Both the position numbers and the translations under genes were made by a program. The notes under the pieces are model-generated. The model was given only the letters and a program-made list of their open reading frames with translations, was not told the origin of the DNA and did not search any database. From assembly GCA_973895155.1 (NCBI GenBank), contig OZ316894.1, positions 17,948,563 through 18,012,562 on the forward strand: DNA of 64,000 bases. The letters run 5' to 3'. Shown piece after piece: positions 49,120 through 62,821 of this stretch. The stretch is from Marsupella aquatica. Taxonomy: Eukaryota > Plantae > Marchantiophyta. Numbering within the stretch: position 1 is the stretch's first letter; each line of letters begins with the position of its first letter.

Positions 49120-49326
49120 CAGTGCCATTGATGCTTTCATAAGTCGACAACACATGCTGCGAACGTAAGGCCTCACTAAGGATGTTGATTTGCGAATTAA
49201 TTACTGTCCTTTTGGCCCGTGACCGAACTGAACCGAGCCAACTCGACCCTGGATTCCCGACGGTTGCAGAATTTCTGTTCTGTGCCGTGGCCGTGGCTCC
49301 AAGTGAAGCCTACCTATTCTAAATGG

Positions 49327-49504
49327 TTGGAAGGATACGAGCGGTTTACGATCGTGCTTCGATTTACAATTAGTACACTCATAAGCATGCGAATGTCAGC
49401 ATTATGAGAACTTTAAATTGGAAGGATTCGAGCGGTTTACGATAGTGCTCCGTATGACAATTAGTACACTTATAAGCATGCCAATGTCAGCTTTATGAGA
49501 ACTA
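49327..49504. repeat. ~87-bp tandem duplication downstream of the small gene
   Basis: ttggaaggat.cgagcggtttacgat.gtgct....t..acaattagtacact.ataagcatgc.aatgtcagc.ttatgagaact occurs twice. Confidence 0.85.
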
Positions 49505-51257
49505 TTTGCTCAGTTTTATGACTGTATCTATAATTCTGTACTCTAGATGAAGAAAATGACCGTAATTACAAAACCTTACCCACCATACCGACTGATATGT
49601 ACTCCTATCCTCGCAATGTACTATAAAAATTAGCTTCGAAAACAGCCCAAGGCCTTTTTCCATGCGAGGGGTTATTAGTGCAAGTCACAGAGGTATCAAC
49701 CGTATTAGCTTCAGTACTGTCTTGAAAAGTGTTGTTTCCTCTGCATTTTCTTGTTTATTCTGGGGAGTCCAGCCGGTAGCTACTTGCCATCGGATGGGTT
49801 TTCGCCCCGCCAGCCCTGACGATGTGTACTGCCGTCCGTGACGACTCTCATGCAAATTGGGGAGTTCTGTCTCATTTCCTGCGTCGTAATCTAAATAAAA
49901 TTTAAGTAAATTCTTTGGTCCTTTTCTGTCTGGGTCACATTTCGTATTGGCGACGAGTCGCAGCTTATGACTATGGTTTGATATTTTCGTGGTATCTCGA
50001 GCGGATCATAATCGTTAGAAAGACTACATCGCTGATGGAGAGTTGTGATTTCAAGATGTAGATGGGAAGAAACGACTCTTTTATAGTTGTTCCTCGGCTC
50101 ATGAAACGACCTTGTTATCGCTGTTCTTCAGCTCATGGCATCGTCACTCCCTTTGCATCTGGTGAGCTACGTCCACTTCTCTCCATCCTGATCTCCAAGA
50201 TTGATGACAATTAGCTGCATTGACGCCGAACCCGCTCGCAAGCTCCGGCAAGTTGCATACTAATTGATCGAAATTGAAGCCAGGATTGATCGAAATTGAA
50301 GCCATGATTGCCACACAGTTCACATGACTGACATCCTTGATGTAGTCACCGAAAGTGTTGTAACAAACACGTTAGACCTCATCGAATCCCTTGTTACTGA
50401 GGTTGTTATCATTACCCCTCTTGATATCTAGTGGAATTCCCACAATTTGGGTTCGTTAGAAGCATATTCTCGCTTATCTGCAGTGGCATCCCTTGTTCTT
50501 GACTTTGTCAAAAGCAGCTAGGAAACTCTTTGCAACTACAGTAGTTTAATGTAGCCAATTTTGAGTTACGAAATTATTTCCAGGAGGTGTAATATGGCCA
50601 ATATAAACTAAGAACTGGAAAATATAAAATTACAAAGACGATATCATTCCTTCTGTGCACTGTACCTGCTTTCTGAAGTATTACGGTAAATTTAGTTTCT
50701 CAATTCATCCTTGATGTGCAGCGATATCTATTGTTTATTTGTTTTGTTAAAAGCCACGTGAAAATATCTTTCTAACTAGTTAAAGCTTTTGACTTTCATT
50801 AACGGGGGTGGGTGGTTGGGGGTCTTGTAAAGCAAGGAAAGCGAGCCAGCAAGAATGGCAATAGGCGTGGCATTGGACCTGGGCATCAGATTTGCGATGT
50901 GGGCAGATTTTGCACTAATGCAAATAATGTTAATTATAATATAAAATTTGGGCCAGAATGTTAAAGTAATGCCTGGACTTACTGACATATAGTTCATGCA
51001 ACTAGCATGGACAACTAGTATGGACAGTCATGCAAGCTTTTCATGAACTGAAATCCAATTTTTGGGCTTAACCTATTAGGAAATGGTTATTTAAAATCAC
51101 ACCTGCCCTTCAAAAGCTACGGGTATCTGTAGTTACTATTAAAAGTAGCTTTTCCCTGAAATCATGGAACAAACTGGCACGGTAGAGGAGAAAAGTAATA
51201 TGTGGAGAACTGAGAGGTATTGAAAAGTAATATGTGGAAAACTGAGAGGTATTGGAC

Positions 51258-52176
51258 CTTTCCCCTTACATATGGCCAGGGGTGGTTTAAGGTAGCCACA
51301 GACACCTGAGAGACGTGGATAGGTCCACCAACAACTCGTTCTGCTCGAAGGGGAGACACCGGCACCCCCACTACCATTGTTGGTTTGGCTGGAAGGATTG
51401 GATTAGTAAGTACACAAGAAACAGACAATGCTCCCCCCAAGGCCAACACACTGATTATTATAGACCTACTGCCTGTAAGAGCCAGAATTTGGTGCATGAT
51501 CATAGTAGGCATAGCAGGCTGATTAAAAGGCGAGTGCACAAGTGTCCCAGCTGGGACCAGAAAGACCAGTGGCTCATTTGGACCTTGTGGCCCAATTAAA
51601 GTGGCATTGTTTTCCCTGTGGTTTTTCTCCTGGGTGGCTGTTGTTTGCCCCCTGCCTGCTATAAAGCCTTCCGTTATTACAACAACAACAAAAATTAAAA
51701 AGATAGCCAGTCCTCATTGTATTCTGAATGATTTATGGTTGTCAAAGATGGTTGCTTAAGGTCGCCACTCCTTACTTTACTGCAAATAATGGGCTGTCGC
51801 CACTTCGCTAGACGGTATACTCCTTAAAATAAACACTCATTTGTACCTTTCCTCCTTCATGGGGTGGATAGGTGCAGAGGTAAGCATCTTTCGGTTGGCT
51901 CCAACTTCATGGTTAAAGTTTTACTCCCAATGATTGCTCCCACCTCTCCTTTAGTTGGGCCAGATTGCCATGTGGAATTTGTCCCAATGATTGCACCCAC
52001 TCTTGCTCAAATAAATATAGACAATGACAAGGGAGAGGATGACTATTGAAATCAATACATGCACGGTCATGAATTCAAGCTGCCCAAAGGAACCATCTTT
52101 GACAACCTTAAACCATTCAAAAATACAAAAAGGACTGGCCTCCTTAAACCACTGCTGGCCATATATAAGGGGAAAG
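51258..52176. mobile_element. 919-bp element with ~41-bp terminal inverted repeats
   Basis: ctttccccttacatatggccaggggtggtttaaggtagcca at 51258 is inverted against tggcctccttaaaccactgctggccatatataaggggaaag ending 52176. Flanks TATTGGAC / TAGAGGAT match only partly. Confidence 0.7.
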
Positions 52177-54091
52177 TAGAGGATGTGTTACAAAAGCATC
52201 CGACAATGAATAGTTCCATCATGAGAATGAAACTTGCAAGTTGCCTATCTAGAATTGTGGAAAACAATCCATTATGTGCATTGAAACCCTGGAAGTAAAC
52301 TAATATTCTATGGATGGCATGACGATTCCGGTGTTGTGCCCCATTAAGACTCTGCTTGGAAAAAGGCTTAGTCATTTCTAATTTCAAGGTGAATATTGAA
52401 CACAACTGCAGTTCATTTTCTTTATTAAGATAACCAAACCATAGATCAAACAGATTTCCATCGTCAAAATCCTTTGATCACAGAACAGCACAGGAAACGA
52501 GCGTCCTCGAGTAAATTGCATATTGTGATCTTTGCTTTTGAAAAGCACAGACATGAAGTGAAGTTCACCAGCGAAATAGTATTGTTTTCCATTTTGTGAT
52601 CTCTCTGGCTTGCATGCAGAATAATGATGCATGTGCTTTGAAAGTACGTGAGATCCTAGAGAAACTGTTGTACTTTCACTACGGTCCAGTCTTTCCAGAA
52701 CCCTCTCAGTTGAACATCAGCTGGATCCGGGGCGTCTGGCTCATATAATTCTTCCAATCATTACCACTTTAAAAGACTAACACTGCTGCATCCATTTTTA
52801 GTTTTAGGCTAGTCTAGAGAAGATTTATCATGTGTCTATATGGAATCTTGAGTAGATAGGCGTGAGAGGCTGAGTAAGGAAATTTGAGTACATAGATGTG
52901 AGACAGGCTGCTATCACATCGACCTTGAGTGGTTTTATTTTTCAGATTTTCTCCCTCCTAGAATTGCTTTACTTGACTGCTTTCTCGACTGAGGTTCGAG
53001 CTGAGGACCATTAGCAATGCGGCCCCACTAGTGCAGAGTTTCCTTTTCGGTCAGTGAACACGTGAAGAGAAAGAAGGTTTGACTTCTAGAGTGATGTAGT
53101 GTGCGCCCCACTCTGAAATTTAGTCTCGCCGTTTCAACGTGATGATTAGCATCAATGAGGACTTGTACCTTAAAGTGAAAGGTATTCCGGGACATTCATG
53201 AGTACAAGGATACTTATCTTCCCACAACAGCAAACTACTTTACAAAACGTTAAAATTCATGCGCCTTCCAGCTTTAGATTAATGTGCAATATTTCTGAGA
53301 ACTGTAACTAACCAAACACTTCACAGAGCTTTCTCTGTGGCTCCAGATTGCTACTTTCCCACCTCTCATTATACATGCCACCCTCGGAAGGAAACAACGT
53401 GACTAGGCATTTCATGACATATTAGACATCTCCTGCCCAATCAGGTTAGCTGTATCGAACGCCTACAAAATCAAAGCCGGGCTTGGACGCTCTTCTAGCT
53501 ATATTACATAACTCTTTACCGGAAGGATGTTCATTACTTGCACATTGAGCACATCGACCTTTAGTTACAGGGAACACACAACCAATACACCATCTGGACA
53601 ATTTGTTCATGAGCCATCGACTCATTCTGGGTGGATAATTAAAAGAAGACGTGGTTGTTTGATACCTTGCTCCTCATTAGAATTGTGAAGTGTATGTGAT
53701 CACGTCCAGATCATTAAATAAATGTGCTGGCGGCTTTTCGCCAACGACCTCTTAACGGTTGAAAGTGGATTGAAACTAACTACTCCAAATTTACATACTG
53801 AGGTGTTGTTGTAAGAACCGAACTAGACTGGCAACGATCTACTTCGTCATCATCTGTATTCCTCATTCCTGCAAAAATACAGCTCCGTACAATCATTGCT
53901 TCACTCCTTGCATGCATGAAGTAACGACCAAGATGACCGAGCCCACAATACCATATAATTTCTTCTCTGTGAACAACAGAAACTTGCAAATCTAACTCAC
54001 GACTTCTAGCTACTACGAAGTGATGATAGTTGACAATTACAGAAACGATTTGACGACTACTAAGTCTAAAGCCTACTCGCAGTACCTTTGA

Positions 54092-57000
54092 TCAATTCGG
54101 TTGCAAAATCTCCTGAAGGTCAGCTTCACCGAAGCGCACTACCTCGGCGCAAAATTCGCACTTGACTTCAACATGACCTACAACATGGAGGTTTCGAAGT
54201 TATTAAACAAAGAAAGGAGAACAAAATCTCAGACAGATATTCCACTAAAACAGGACTGGCGGTTAGAGAAAAATCGTGTAGAAAGCTGTTCCGCACCTTG
54301 TTCAGCAAGGATATCTTTGACATCTGAGGGGCCCAACGATGCTACTGCCCTCACCATGCGTGGCTTCAGCTCGTCCACAGTACAGGGTCCAAACCTCGGT
54401 CCAGGCTGCTTCAAAATATATAAAAGATGTCACGTATGGTCAGGTCCATATAAACAAAGAGCGCTGACAGAAAATGATTGCCTCCAGAAAACAAAACAGC
54501 CGTTAGCTGAGTTGCACATCTCAAGAAGGTCAAATGAACTACAATTATATTTGAAAACAGTAAACTCTTGCAAAGGTCTTCCGAAGAGCATTAAAAAACA
54601 ATGGCGCCTTTGTCTACACAAAAGGAACCATTCAATGGTGTACTGGCATCATTTTCTCAGAAAAACACAAATGTCAGAACCACACCCTTCGAGCATTGCA
54701 ATTTAAAAAAAAAAGTGGACTTACCAGATCACTGTAGTCCCCCACACCAATATCCTTGAGAATGTACTCTGTTATCTGCTGAGCAGTCAAACCCTCTGAG
54801 TCTGAAAGGGGTGGCATTGTCAAGATGTTGTTCTCCAGAGTCGATAAGGTCTCATCTGAACAGAAGGGCAGCACCTGCCTTTGCCATATCAAGGATGGTT
54901 GTTTTAAGCCAAACCATACGATCTTTCCAATCAAGGTGACATCAACCGTGTAGTTCTGCTATTATACCGGCTAATAGCTTAAGATGTTAAGCACAATGCA
55001 TGAGGGCAACAATCTCATACTTCACTCACCTGAACCAAAAATCCTCCGGCAAATTTCACAGATGTGTCTCTGTTGAAGGAAACTCCTAACCCAAGAGCGA
55101 CATTGAGCTGGCACATTTCCTGAGCTGTTAGACAGTGATCGGGGAAGCTTTTAAAAGTGGCAGCCTAGACATAGGGTTTCTGCAAAATTGGCAGGTTATG
55201 ACTGACCCCATGCCCTAGAATGCACCTTATGATACTATCGACATTCATTTATCCTGTCTCATTGTACTTGTGACGCCATTCACCGTAGAATCATAGGTCA
55301 CACTAGAATCAATGGTTCACTTACGGATCTTGAAAATGGTCAACAGCAGTGCTAGATACACTACTAAACTATTTCCCAGATAAAGATCAAGAATAACGGA
55401 TCGGTAGAATACCTGCTCGCTGTCTGCCAGATAATGGGCAATATCCTCAGCGACCTCGCCTGAATAAATTGGTATCGTACCTCTGCGCAACATTGGCCAG
55501 TATTGATGGGTATTCTATAGAAACAATACAGAAGAGCTGCTTTCCAACTGAGCTATTTGTGACATGGACTGACCCTGTAATATAATACGACCTAAAGATT
55601 GCACAGACAGACTAGAAAATGGCTACTTTGTTCACTGTAACGAATAATTCACGTCGACTAAATACTAACCAATCCACCTGGCCACATGAGCCCTAAGTCT
55701 GACGAAAGTGTACTGAAGAAGTCACGGAGAAAAGCAAATGAAACGGTGTACATATGAATCAGAATGTGATACATACGAGTAAGGTTCTTTCCATGTGGGA
55801 TTGTTTCGCACTACTGTAAGAATACCTGTTCCAACGGCCGATCCTACATCAAGCTGGATGACACAACACTTCAGTATCAATACCACTAGTTTCCTTTAAA
55901 TGTGAGCTAAAACCCATTTTCGAAAAATTGCAAGAGATGCTATATCAGATATCTAACTGTAAACTCAGATAGAGGTCTCCTTAGCACGTCCGGGGAGGAA
56001 GAAAATGAAGTCTTACTTTGCCATTCTCTTTCAAAGGTGTTTGGCAAAGAGGATTGCCGACAAACCCTTTAACCATATTTTTTCCCGATGCCACGGTCGT
56101 CATTTGTCCTAACGGTCCTTGTCCTAGGAAGGTAATCTGCATGAAATTGTTATGCTCATTAGGTGAATTTCCCTCATTGAAATCCTTGTCAGCCCATTGT
56201 TACTAAGACGTTAAGACTATGTCCGCGATTTGATGAATTAGTCGTCACGTAAAATACTTGCACGGGAAATCTCCAACCCAACTTTTTGCGAGAAAGGCAT
56301 ACTGTACCTGAACAGTTTCGTTAGGACCTTTCATCGCACCCAAAAGAAGCGTCCCCATAAGTGCTCGACCTAATGCCGCTGAAGCCTTCTCTTCATGGCA
56401 GACCCCATTCGTCAGGAACCAAACGGAATCTCGACATCAAATAACACACACACATCAACAATCGGAATTACAGCCCAGAGATACCTAGTATAGTTGCCTC
56501 GTCCTCAAATCATGGCATAGATCTCAATAAAGCTTTGGTAAGCGAGACCTATTGATGATGAATTCATCAGGACTAAAACCTCTAGCCCAATGTAGAATGG
56601 ACAGGATGTGGGCAAGCTGTGAATCCTCACACACCGTAGGGGAGGTCTTATGCCGTGTTTGAGCTTCGTGTACAACGTCTGTGGCCACCAGAGTGAGTAT
56701 AGACACCTGCAAGGGTAACAGATGACACAGTCAGCAAAGAACCCCACGATCCAGCTTTCTGGGACACCCGCCTCCAGTCCACCCTGGGTGCCCACATTGC
56801 ATGCTGAACGGAACTTACTGACATATTTGAGGGGAAAATAAACTCCACCCTAGCTAGATATCACATCTCCTCACTGCTAGAGGTGAATGAACCCTAAACC
56901 CACACAACCGACAGCTTTTCACAGGGAAGCAGAGAAAGTGGAAAAGTCATTACCTCTGCCGCGGTAGAGATACACCGAAGGACCTTGTCTCCGCTGGCTG

Positions 57001-57241
57001 CCCCTCCATCATCAGCAGTAGAGTTAGCTCCATTGCCTGAACTGCCACCTGCTGCTCGAACTACTGACAGTCTCAGGGTTCGTTTCCTTCGCGCACGGAT
57101 GGGGGAATATTGTGATTCTGTTTTAAAATTTGATCTCAGACCATTGCTAGACATGAGGACCGCGGAACTTCCGCAAGAATCATCGCGTCTGTAGAGAACG
57201 CTTCTTCCTTCTGTAGACAAGCAAAAAGGCTGAATAATCAT
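54092..57241 (-). CDS. HSP33: Hsp33 (HslO-family) redox-regulated chaperone with N-terminal transit-peptide-like extension, multi-exon
   Basis: Spliced exons: DKVLRCISTAAE|VSILTLVATDVVHEAQTRHKTSPT|ASAALGRALMGTLLLG..|ITFLGQGPLGQM..VKGFVGNP..|LDVGSAVGTGILTVVR..PY|GTIPIYSGEVAEDIAHYLADSEQ|..LGLGV..AGGFLVQ|VLPFCSDE..|PRFGPCTVDELKPRM..|EVKCEFC..QPN*. ATG 57241 has an upstream in-frame TGA. 5'-UTR intron ~57303-58185. Confidence 0.92.
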
Positions 57242-58654
57242 CACCCGTTCGAATCACGCAATATCAACTCTCACGTCGCTGGAAACCTTGGAATCTGAAT
57301 ACCTGAATTAGGCAGATTATCTGACAAATAACTCAGTACTCTCTGCTACTTTTCAACAATATCATTATCCATGCTTCACGTTTTTATTTTTATTTTCAGT
57401 TTCATTATATCTGTCACATGCCATCAACCCAAACAGTGTCTCAATTATTGGAAATGGGCTTTAATGCGTCCTGTCAGCAGGACTACCTGGATAGTTCATT
57501 TGTAAGGAATGTAACAATTACTCGGTGGCAAGAAGGCTAGCAGGTGATATCCATGGCAGGAGAGGAGAGGAGAGGAGAAGTTCAACGAGGAAGGAAACAC
57601 AAAAAATCTTACAAACCATCGAAAACGAGTAACCGAAATCACCTTCACCTGAAAATTTGTATCCTCCGCACGGGCACTCTCTTTGCTAATCCTCGTCAAT
57701 TTGGGGAAAAAATACCAAGGAAAAGTAAAGGAAAGAGAAACGGGGAATCTCCTTAGCTGCTCTACAGCAATGTTAGAAAGCGTCTCACCAAACAACGTTC
57801 CGTCGTGGTTTCACTCTCGCATTAACGACCACTACGACAGTAGACTAGCAACGTAATCCCAGTACTGAGGTGAGATACGACCCGGGAAGACAGCCTCCAT
57901 TCTAATCTCCTGAATTCCCAAGCTCGATTCTAATCTCAAGAATCCCCAAACTCTCACGTATGCCAAACTTTATGCCAAATTCCGCTGACCCACGAGATTC
58001 CTTCAAGCGAAATTTCCCTCGCCCATATCTCTTCCCTGTTCTGTACATCCTACAGCCCCACCTCGCCGCCATCGCCAATCGCAGCAAGAAATTCACTGAG
58101 GGAGAGAACCAAATTACAAGAAACTGAGCACACCAGTGAAATAAACAATCCAATTAAATCAAATCCAATCCAATCCAATCCTTACCAGTAGAGCGGCGGC
58201 GCCATCCGCTCGTGGCCAAAAGCGAGAGAGAGCTGCAGCTGCAGCAGCTGCTGCTGATTCCGGCCACAGCACTCGCCATCACCCTCATCCACTTCCTGCG
58301 TCGACTCTACAGAATGATTGAATCTTTAGCACTCTCGTCCCTCCACGAGAGGGGAAAGAAAAAATACTTCGCTGCTGATTCGCCCTCTTTCCACTTTCAT
58401 CGGAATCTCACGGACTGCTGTAGTTTACTACTACTAGAGTATATTTCATGAGGACTCTGCTCTGCACTCTGTTTTGAATGGCTCTCGCTTGTCCGTCACA
58501 CATCCCAGCCATCCAATCCCAGGCCAAGCGTCTCAAGCCCAGAATCTCAGATCCTATTGGATGCCATCCCTCGATCTCCATGTTCATCCACGGCTATCCT
58601 GTGGACACGTAGCTCTACCCATGGGCTACAGGTGATTTTGATGGATGGGTGTAA

Positions 58655-58999
58655 GAGCACTCCCACCAGTGATTGCAGCAGAGCATTATGGGGTCTCAAA
58701 GTTTTGTTTTGTTTTTAGGGTGTCTTAAAGTTGACATTAGGGGTCTCAAAGTTGACAATTTGATGTACCCTAACTCTCTACTGTAGTTAGTTAGGGGTTA
58801 AGGACATAAAAAGTTACCGACCACAATATTCTTAAGTCCATGACTTTTTGCCAAAAGGATTGGTTGCCTGCCATTATTACAACTAGTCACTGTAGAGGTT
58901 GGTAAGAGAAAAAACAAAAAAAACTTTTGCCACAAGGATTGGTCTTATGAAAAAGTTATGACCATTTCGTTTAATGGCTGAATGCCATTAGGGAGTGTC
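58655..58999. mobile_element. Possible Tourist/PIF-like MITE between HSP33 and DJ-1D
   Basis: TAA|GAGCACTCCC at the left end and an imperfect inverted GGGAGTGTC at the right end; AT-rich interior. Confidence 0.35.
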
Positions 59000-60519
59000 A
59001 AAGTTCTCCCTTAACCAAACTGTCATTGCTTAATTTTTTTGGATGTATCACCCTTATGAGGTACTTATTTTTGTAGCCCAAAGTGATTTTTTCCTGGCCA
59101 TAACAAAGTTTTATGTCCTGAACCTTAATTGAGTTACACTTGTGCTTTGATACTCCTATTGTCTGTAATTTCTCAGCTTTGAGACACTCATTTAGGCCTG
59201 TCAGACAAGGTTGTAAATGAGGTGCGGCCAAGGACAGAAGATGGCTTTAAGGGCAGGACAAAACGTTACAAGCTACTCAAACAATGGCCCCCTAAGGATA
59301 TATCAGACGTCCAAAAGGTCATAGCCATGAGACCTTTGGTATGGCAGTTTAAATGTGAGGAAAGCTTTCTTTACGGTTTTGTTTAGATTTTGTTGACTTA
59401 AGTCAACTAAAGATAGGTTAAGCTGTCCCAAAGCAAAACCTGGTAGGTATAAGTTACCACTACTTAGTCAATAATGTTTCTCATTTTTCAATAAGGAAGT
59501 GCAGTATTTTGACTTACCAGTGGTTTAGGGACAGTGGAGGTTTATAGTGGGTACATGAGAATTAGGGAGGGGGTTCAGTAATTGCTTGCCATGTAAGATC
59601 CATCCCACAGTGTTGGGGACAGTGGCAGTTTCAACCAGGTTTGGGGAGGACACAGTAATGCAGTATTTTCAACTTTCTTGAGAACCTCAATGACCAATTT
59701 TGATAACCTGGATATACCAAATTTTGCTTTGGGGAGAGTGGCAGTTCTAGAGTCAACTCTCATGTGAGAATCACGGCCCTTTGCACTCCCAATACTTTTG
59801 GGAAAAAATAACAGCATAATGTGCCACAATGTGCTTTCCTGGTCCCCAACAAAGGGGGAGTTGACAAAAGGTGTACAGTAGTGGCTTTTAGGTTTTATTC
59901 CTAGGTTGGGACTTGCAAAGGCTGGAAAGTTTCCCACCTTTGCCCTTGGGTCAGCACAAGACCTGCTTTCATGCCTGCCTAACTAGAGGCTTAGGGCATG
60001 GCAGCCTAAATGAATGGTATGAATACATCTTTCATTTTGAGGGCTGCAAAAGAAAGGGCCAATAAAATGCAAGTTGGGCCTTAAGGGTAGGGACATGAGA
60101 GTTGGGGAGAGAGGTGAGTAATTGGTTGCCATGTAGGATGGATGATCGATGACAGGCACCATATCTGAATGTGTCCCTAATCAGTTCTTTGTAAAACCAC
60201 TAAGTGCAGCATTAATTCTGAGTCATCATAGTATCCAGATTGAAAATCATATCATCGGATTCAGAATGAAAAGAAGCTATGGCCCATTCCTGTAGAGCCA
60301 CTGAAGACGAGTCCACTCAGACTCAAGGTGGATCTCTTTTAGAGCCCTCTCCTCGGACCACAAAAAACCCACAAAGAGAGCAAGACATTGAGAGTGCGAG
60401 AGAGATTGTGACCAGAAGAGTCCGCAAGGTATCGATAGATCTGGTTGTTTGGGGCGGTGGGGTGCGGTGAGGAGGAGGAGGATTACAATTACAGAAGGTC
60501 GTGTGGTGCAGCTGCAAAG

Positions 60520-62821
60520 ATGCCCAGCAAGGCCGTTCTGCTTCTCGTTGGCGACTATGTCGAGGATTATGAGGTTCTGCACTTCTCTCTGCTAATTGGA
60601 TTGAATTTCAGTCTTTTCATGCATTTGATCTTGGAGAGTTATACTTCTCAGTTACCTCATCCGTAAGATAGAGTGGATTCGAGACGATGTAGAGCAATTT
60701 CGGGCCTGGAAGGCTTTCCAACAGATTGTTTGTTTCATCCCCAGAAATTAGGGACCCGTCGAGCTGTCTCATTACATCGGAGATTTGAGGGTATAGCCAT
60801 TTCCCAGGATGATAAAGAAAATCGAAGCGTTTAAAGCCTGGAAGAAATCGTTTACGGCGAGGGTGCTTAAAATTGCAACCCTGATATTCGTTCGTTGCTT
60901 GATTTTCTTTGGTCCTTTCAGGTGATGGTGCCTTTCCAGGCATTACAAGCGTTCGGAGTGAAAGTTGACGCCGTCTGCCCTGGCAAGAAAGCCGGTGAAA
61001 GTATAGCAACAGCTGTTCATGACTTCCTTGGCCATAAGGTCCGCATTGCAATGATGGTCTCTTAAATCATTGATGTAGGAGATTTTAGCTCCTAGTCTTC
61101 TCAATTTTGCTGTGGTGAAGATGAAACTTCGATGTTGTGATACCTCACATATATCTGTTTGGAGTGGTTTTCGATTTGACAGACACCTCAGTAATTCATA
61201 TTTTGCTCGCTTTCTGGTCAGAACATTGCTAAAGTGACATACTTGCTGCATTACATATTGCACGGGCTAGTAGATACAGTGACTGATCTTCTGAGATGCC
61301 ATTGTTTTCTGGTTTACAATTTGTAGACTTACTCCGAATCGCCTGGACACAACTTTGTCTTGAACGCCACATTCGACAACATAGATGCGGACCGCTATGA
61401 CGCTTTGGTTGTACCTGGTGGGCGAGCTCCAGAGTACTTGTCCTTGAACGAGAAGGTTCTCAAAGTGGTGCAGAAGTTTGCATCTGCAAACAAACCCGTG
61501 GCCTCAATTTGTCACGGACCGCTCATCCTTGCTGCTGCTGGAGTGCTGAAGGGAAAGCAATGTACAGCCTACCCGACTTTGAAACCTACTGTGCTTGCTG
61601 CAGGAGGCAAGTGGCTGGACCCGGAGCCAATCTCAGCCAGTTTCACGGATGGAAACCTGATTACTGCTGCTGCCTGGCCCGGACACCCAGAATTCCTCAA
61701 GCAAATTCTTACAGCACTTGGATCGAAAATTGTGGGGGAAGACAAGAAAGTCCTGTTTATCTGTGGGGTGCGATGCGATGCCAGTCAATTGCCCTTTTCT
61801 GTTATGTCATCCATGGGTTTGAGCTGAGTGAAATCTGTTATGAATTCACACATGTGATTGTGGATGACCAAATAATTGTCAAGGAGGATGTTCTACAGAT
61901 ATGTGGCATCTGTTGTAGTCTGGCTCGGCGAACATTACGGATTCTTGACTATTTTCAGTCGATGGATTTCTAAATTGGCTGTTATTCCCGGTGGGAATTG
62001 TGCTCAGGACTACATGGAGGATTATGAGGTGATGGTCCCCTTCCAGTCTTTGTTGGCTCTTGGCTACACTGTGGATGCTGTGTCTCCCGACAAAACAGAA
62101 GGAGAGACATGCCCAACTGCAATTCACGACTTCGAGGGTGCCCAGACTTATAGTGAAAAACCTGGTCACAATTTTGTTTTGACGGCTACCTTTGATCAAA
62201 TCAAAGTGGAAGAGTATGATGCTCTTGTCATACCAGGTGGCCGAGCTCCTAAGTACCTTGCTCTTGACGATGCTGTTTTGTCACTCGTCCATCACTTTGT
62301 CGCTGCTGACAAACCTATTGCTTCCATCTGCCATGGACAGCAAATACTTGCTGCAGCGGGTGTGCTTAAGGTGAATTTTTGTTACATGTTTAGGTGGTTT
62401 GTTCTTCACTGTGAGTTGATGCAGGAACCTTTCTTTGGTTGTGCAGACGTATTAAGTACATTAAATGAAGCGATTAGTGTCAACAATTCCAGTGGTGTTC
62501 TATGAATAGCCAGGTTTAGAATTCTGGATGATAGCTTATTTAAAAGCGATGTGCTAGTCTGCAAGAGGAAATCCTACGTGCTCATTTTCAACATTGAATT
62601 CTGATCACGTTCGTATTGTGTGTGGGAATCAGGGAAAGAAATGCACTGCATACCCAGCAGTAAAACCCCAGCTATTGCTGGCAGGAGCACAATGGTTAAA
62701 CCCGGAACCCGTTACTAAATGTTTTACTGACGGAAAGCTTGTTACTGGTGCTGCATGGCCTGCTCATCCGGAATTTGTGGCACAATTAGTAGAATTGTTG
62801 GGTACCAAGATATCATTCTAG
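60520..62821 (+). CDS. DJ1D: DJ-1/PfpI family two-domain protein, DJ-1D / glyoxalase III type (387 aa)
   Basis: Five GT-AG exons (60520-60573, 60922-61038, 61327-61767, 62008-62370, 62633-62821) total 1164 nt. Two repeats of [33 protein letters not shown]. Confidence 0.96.

Noticed and set aside
54101-54706. 201-aa plus-strand ORF
   Set aside because: Antisense to HSP33 exons and introns, TTG start, no motif.
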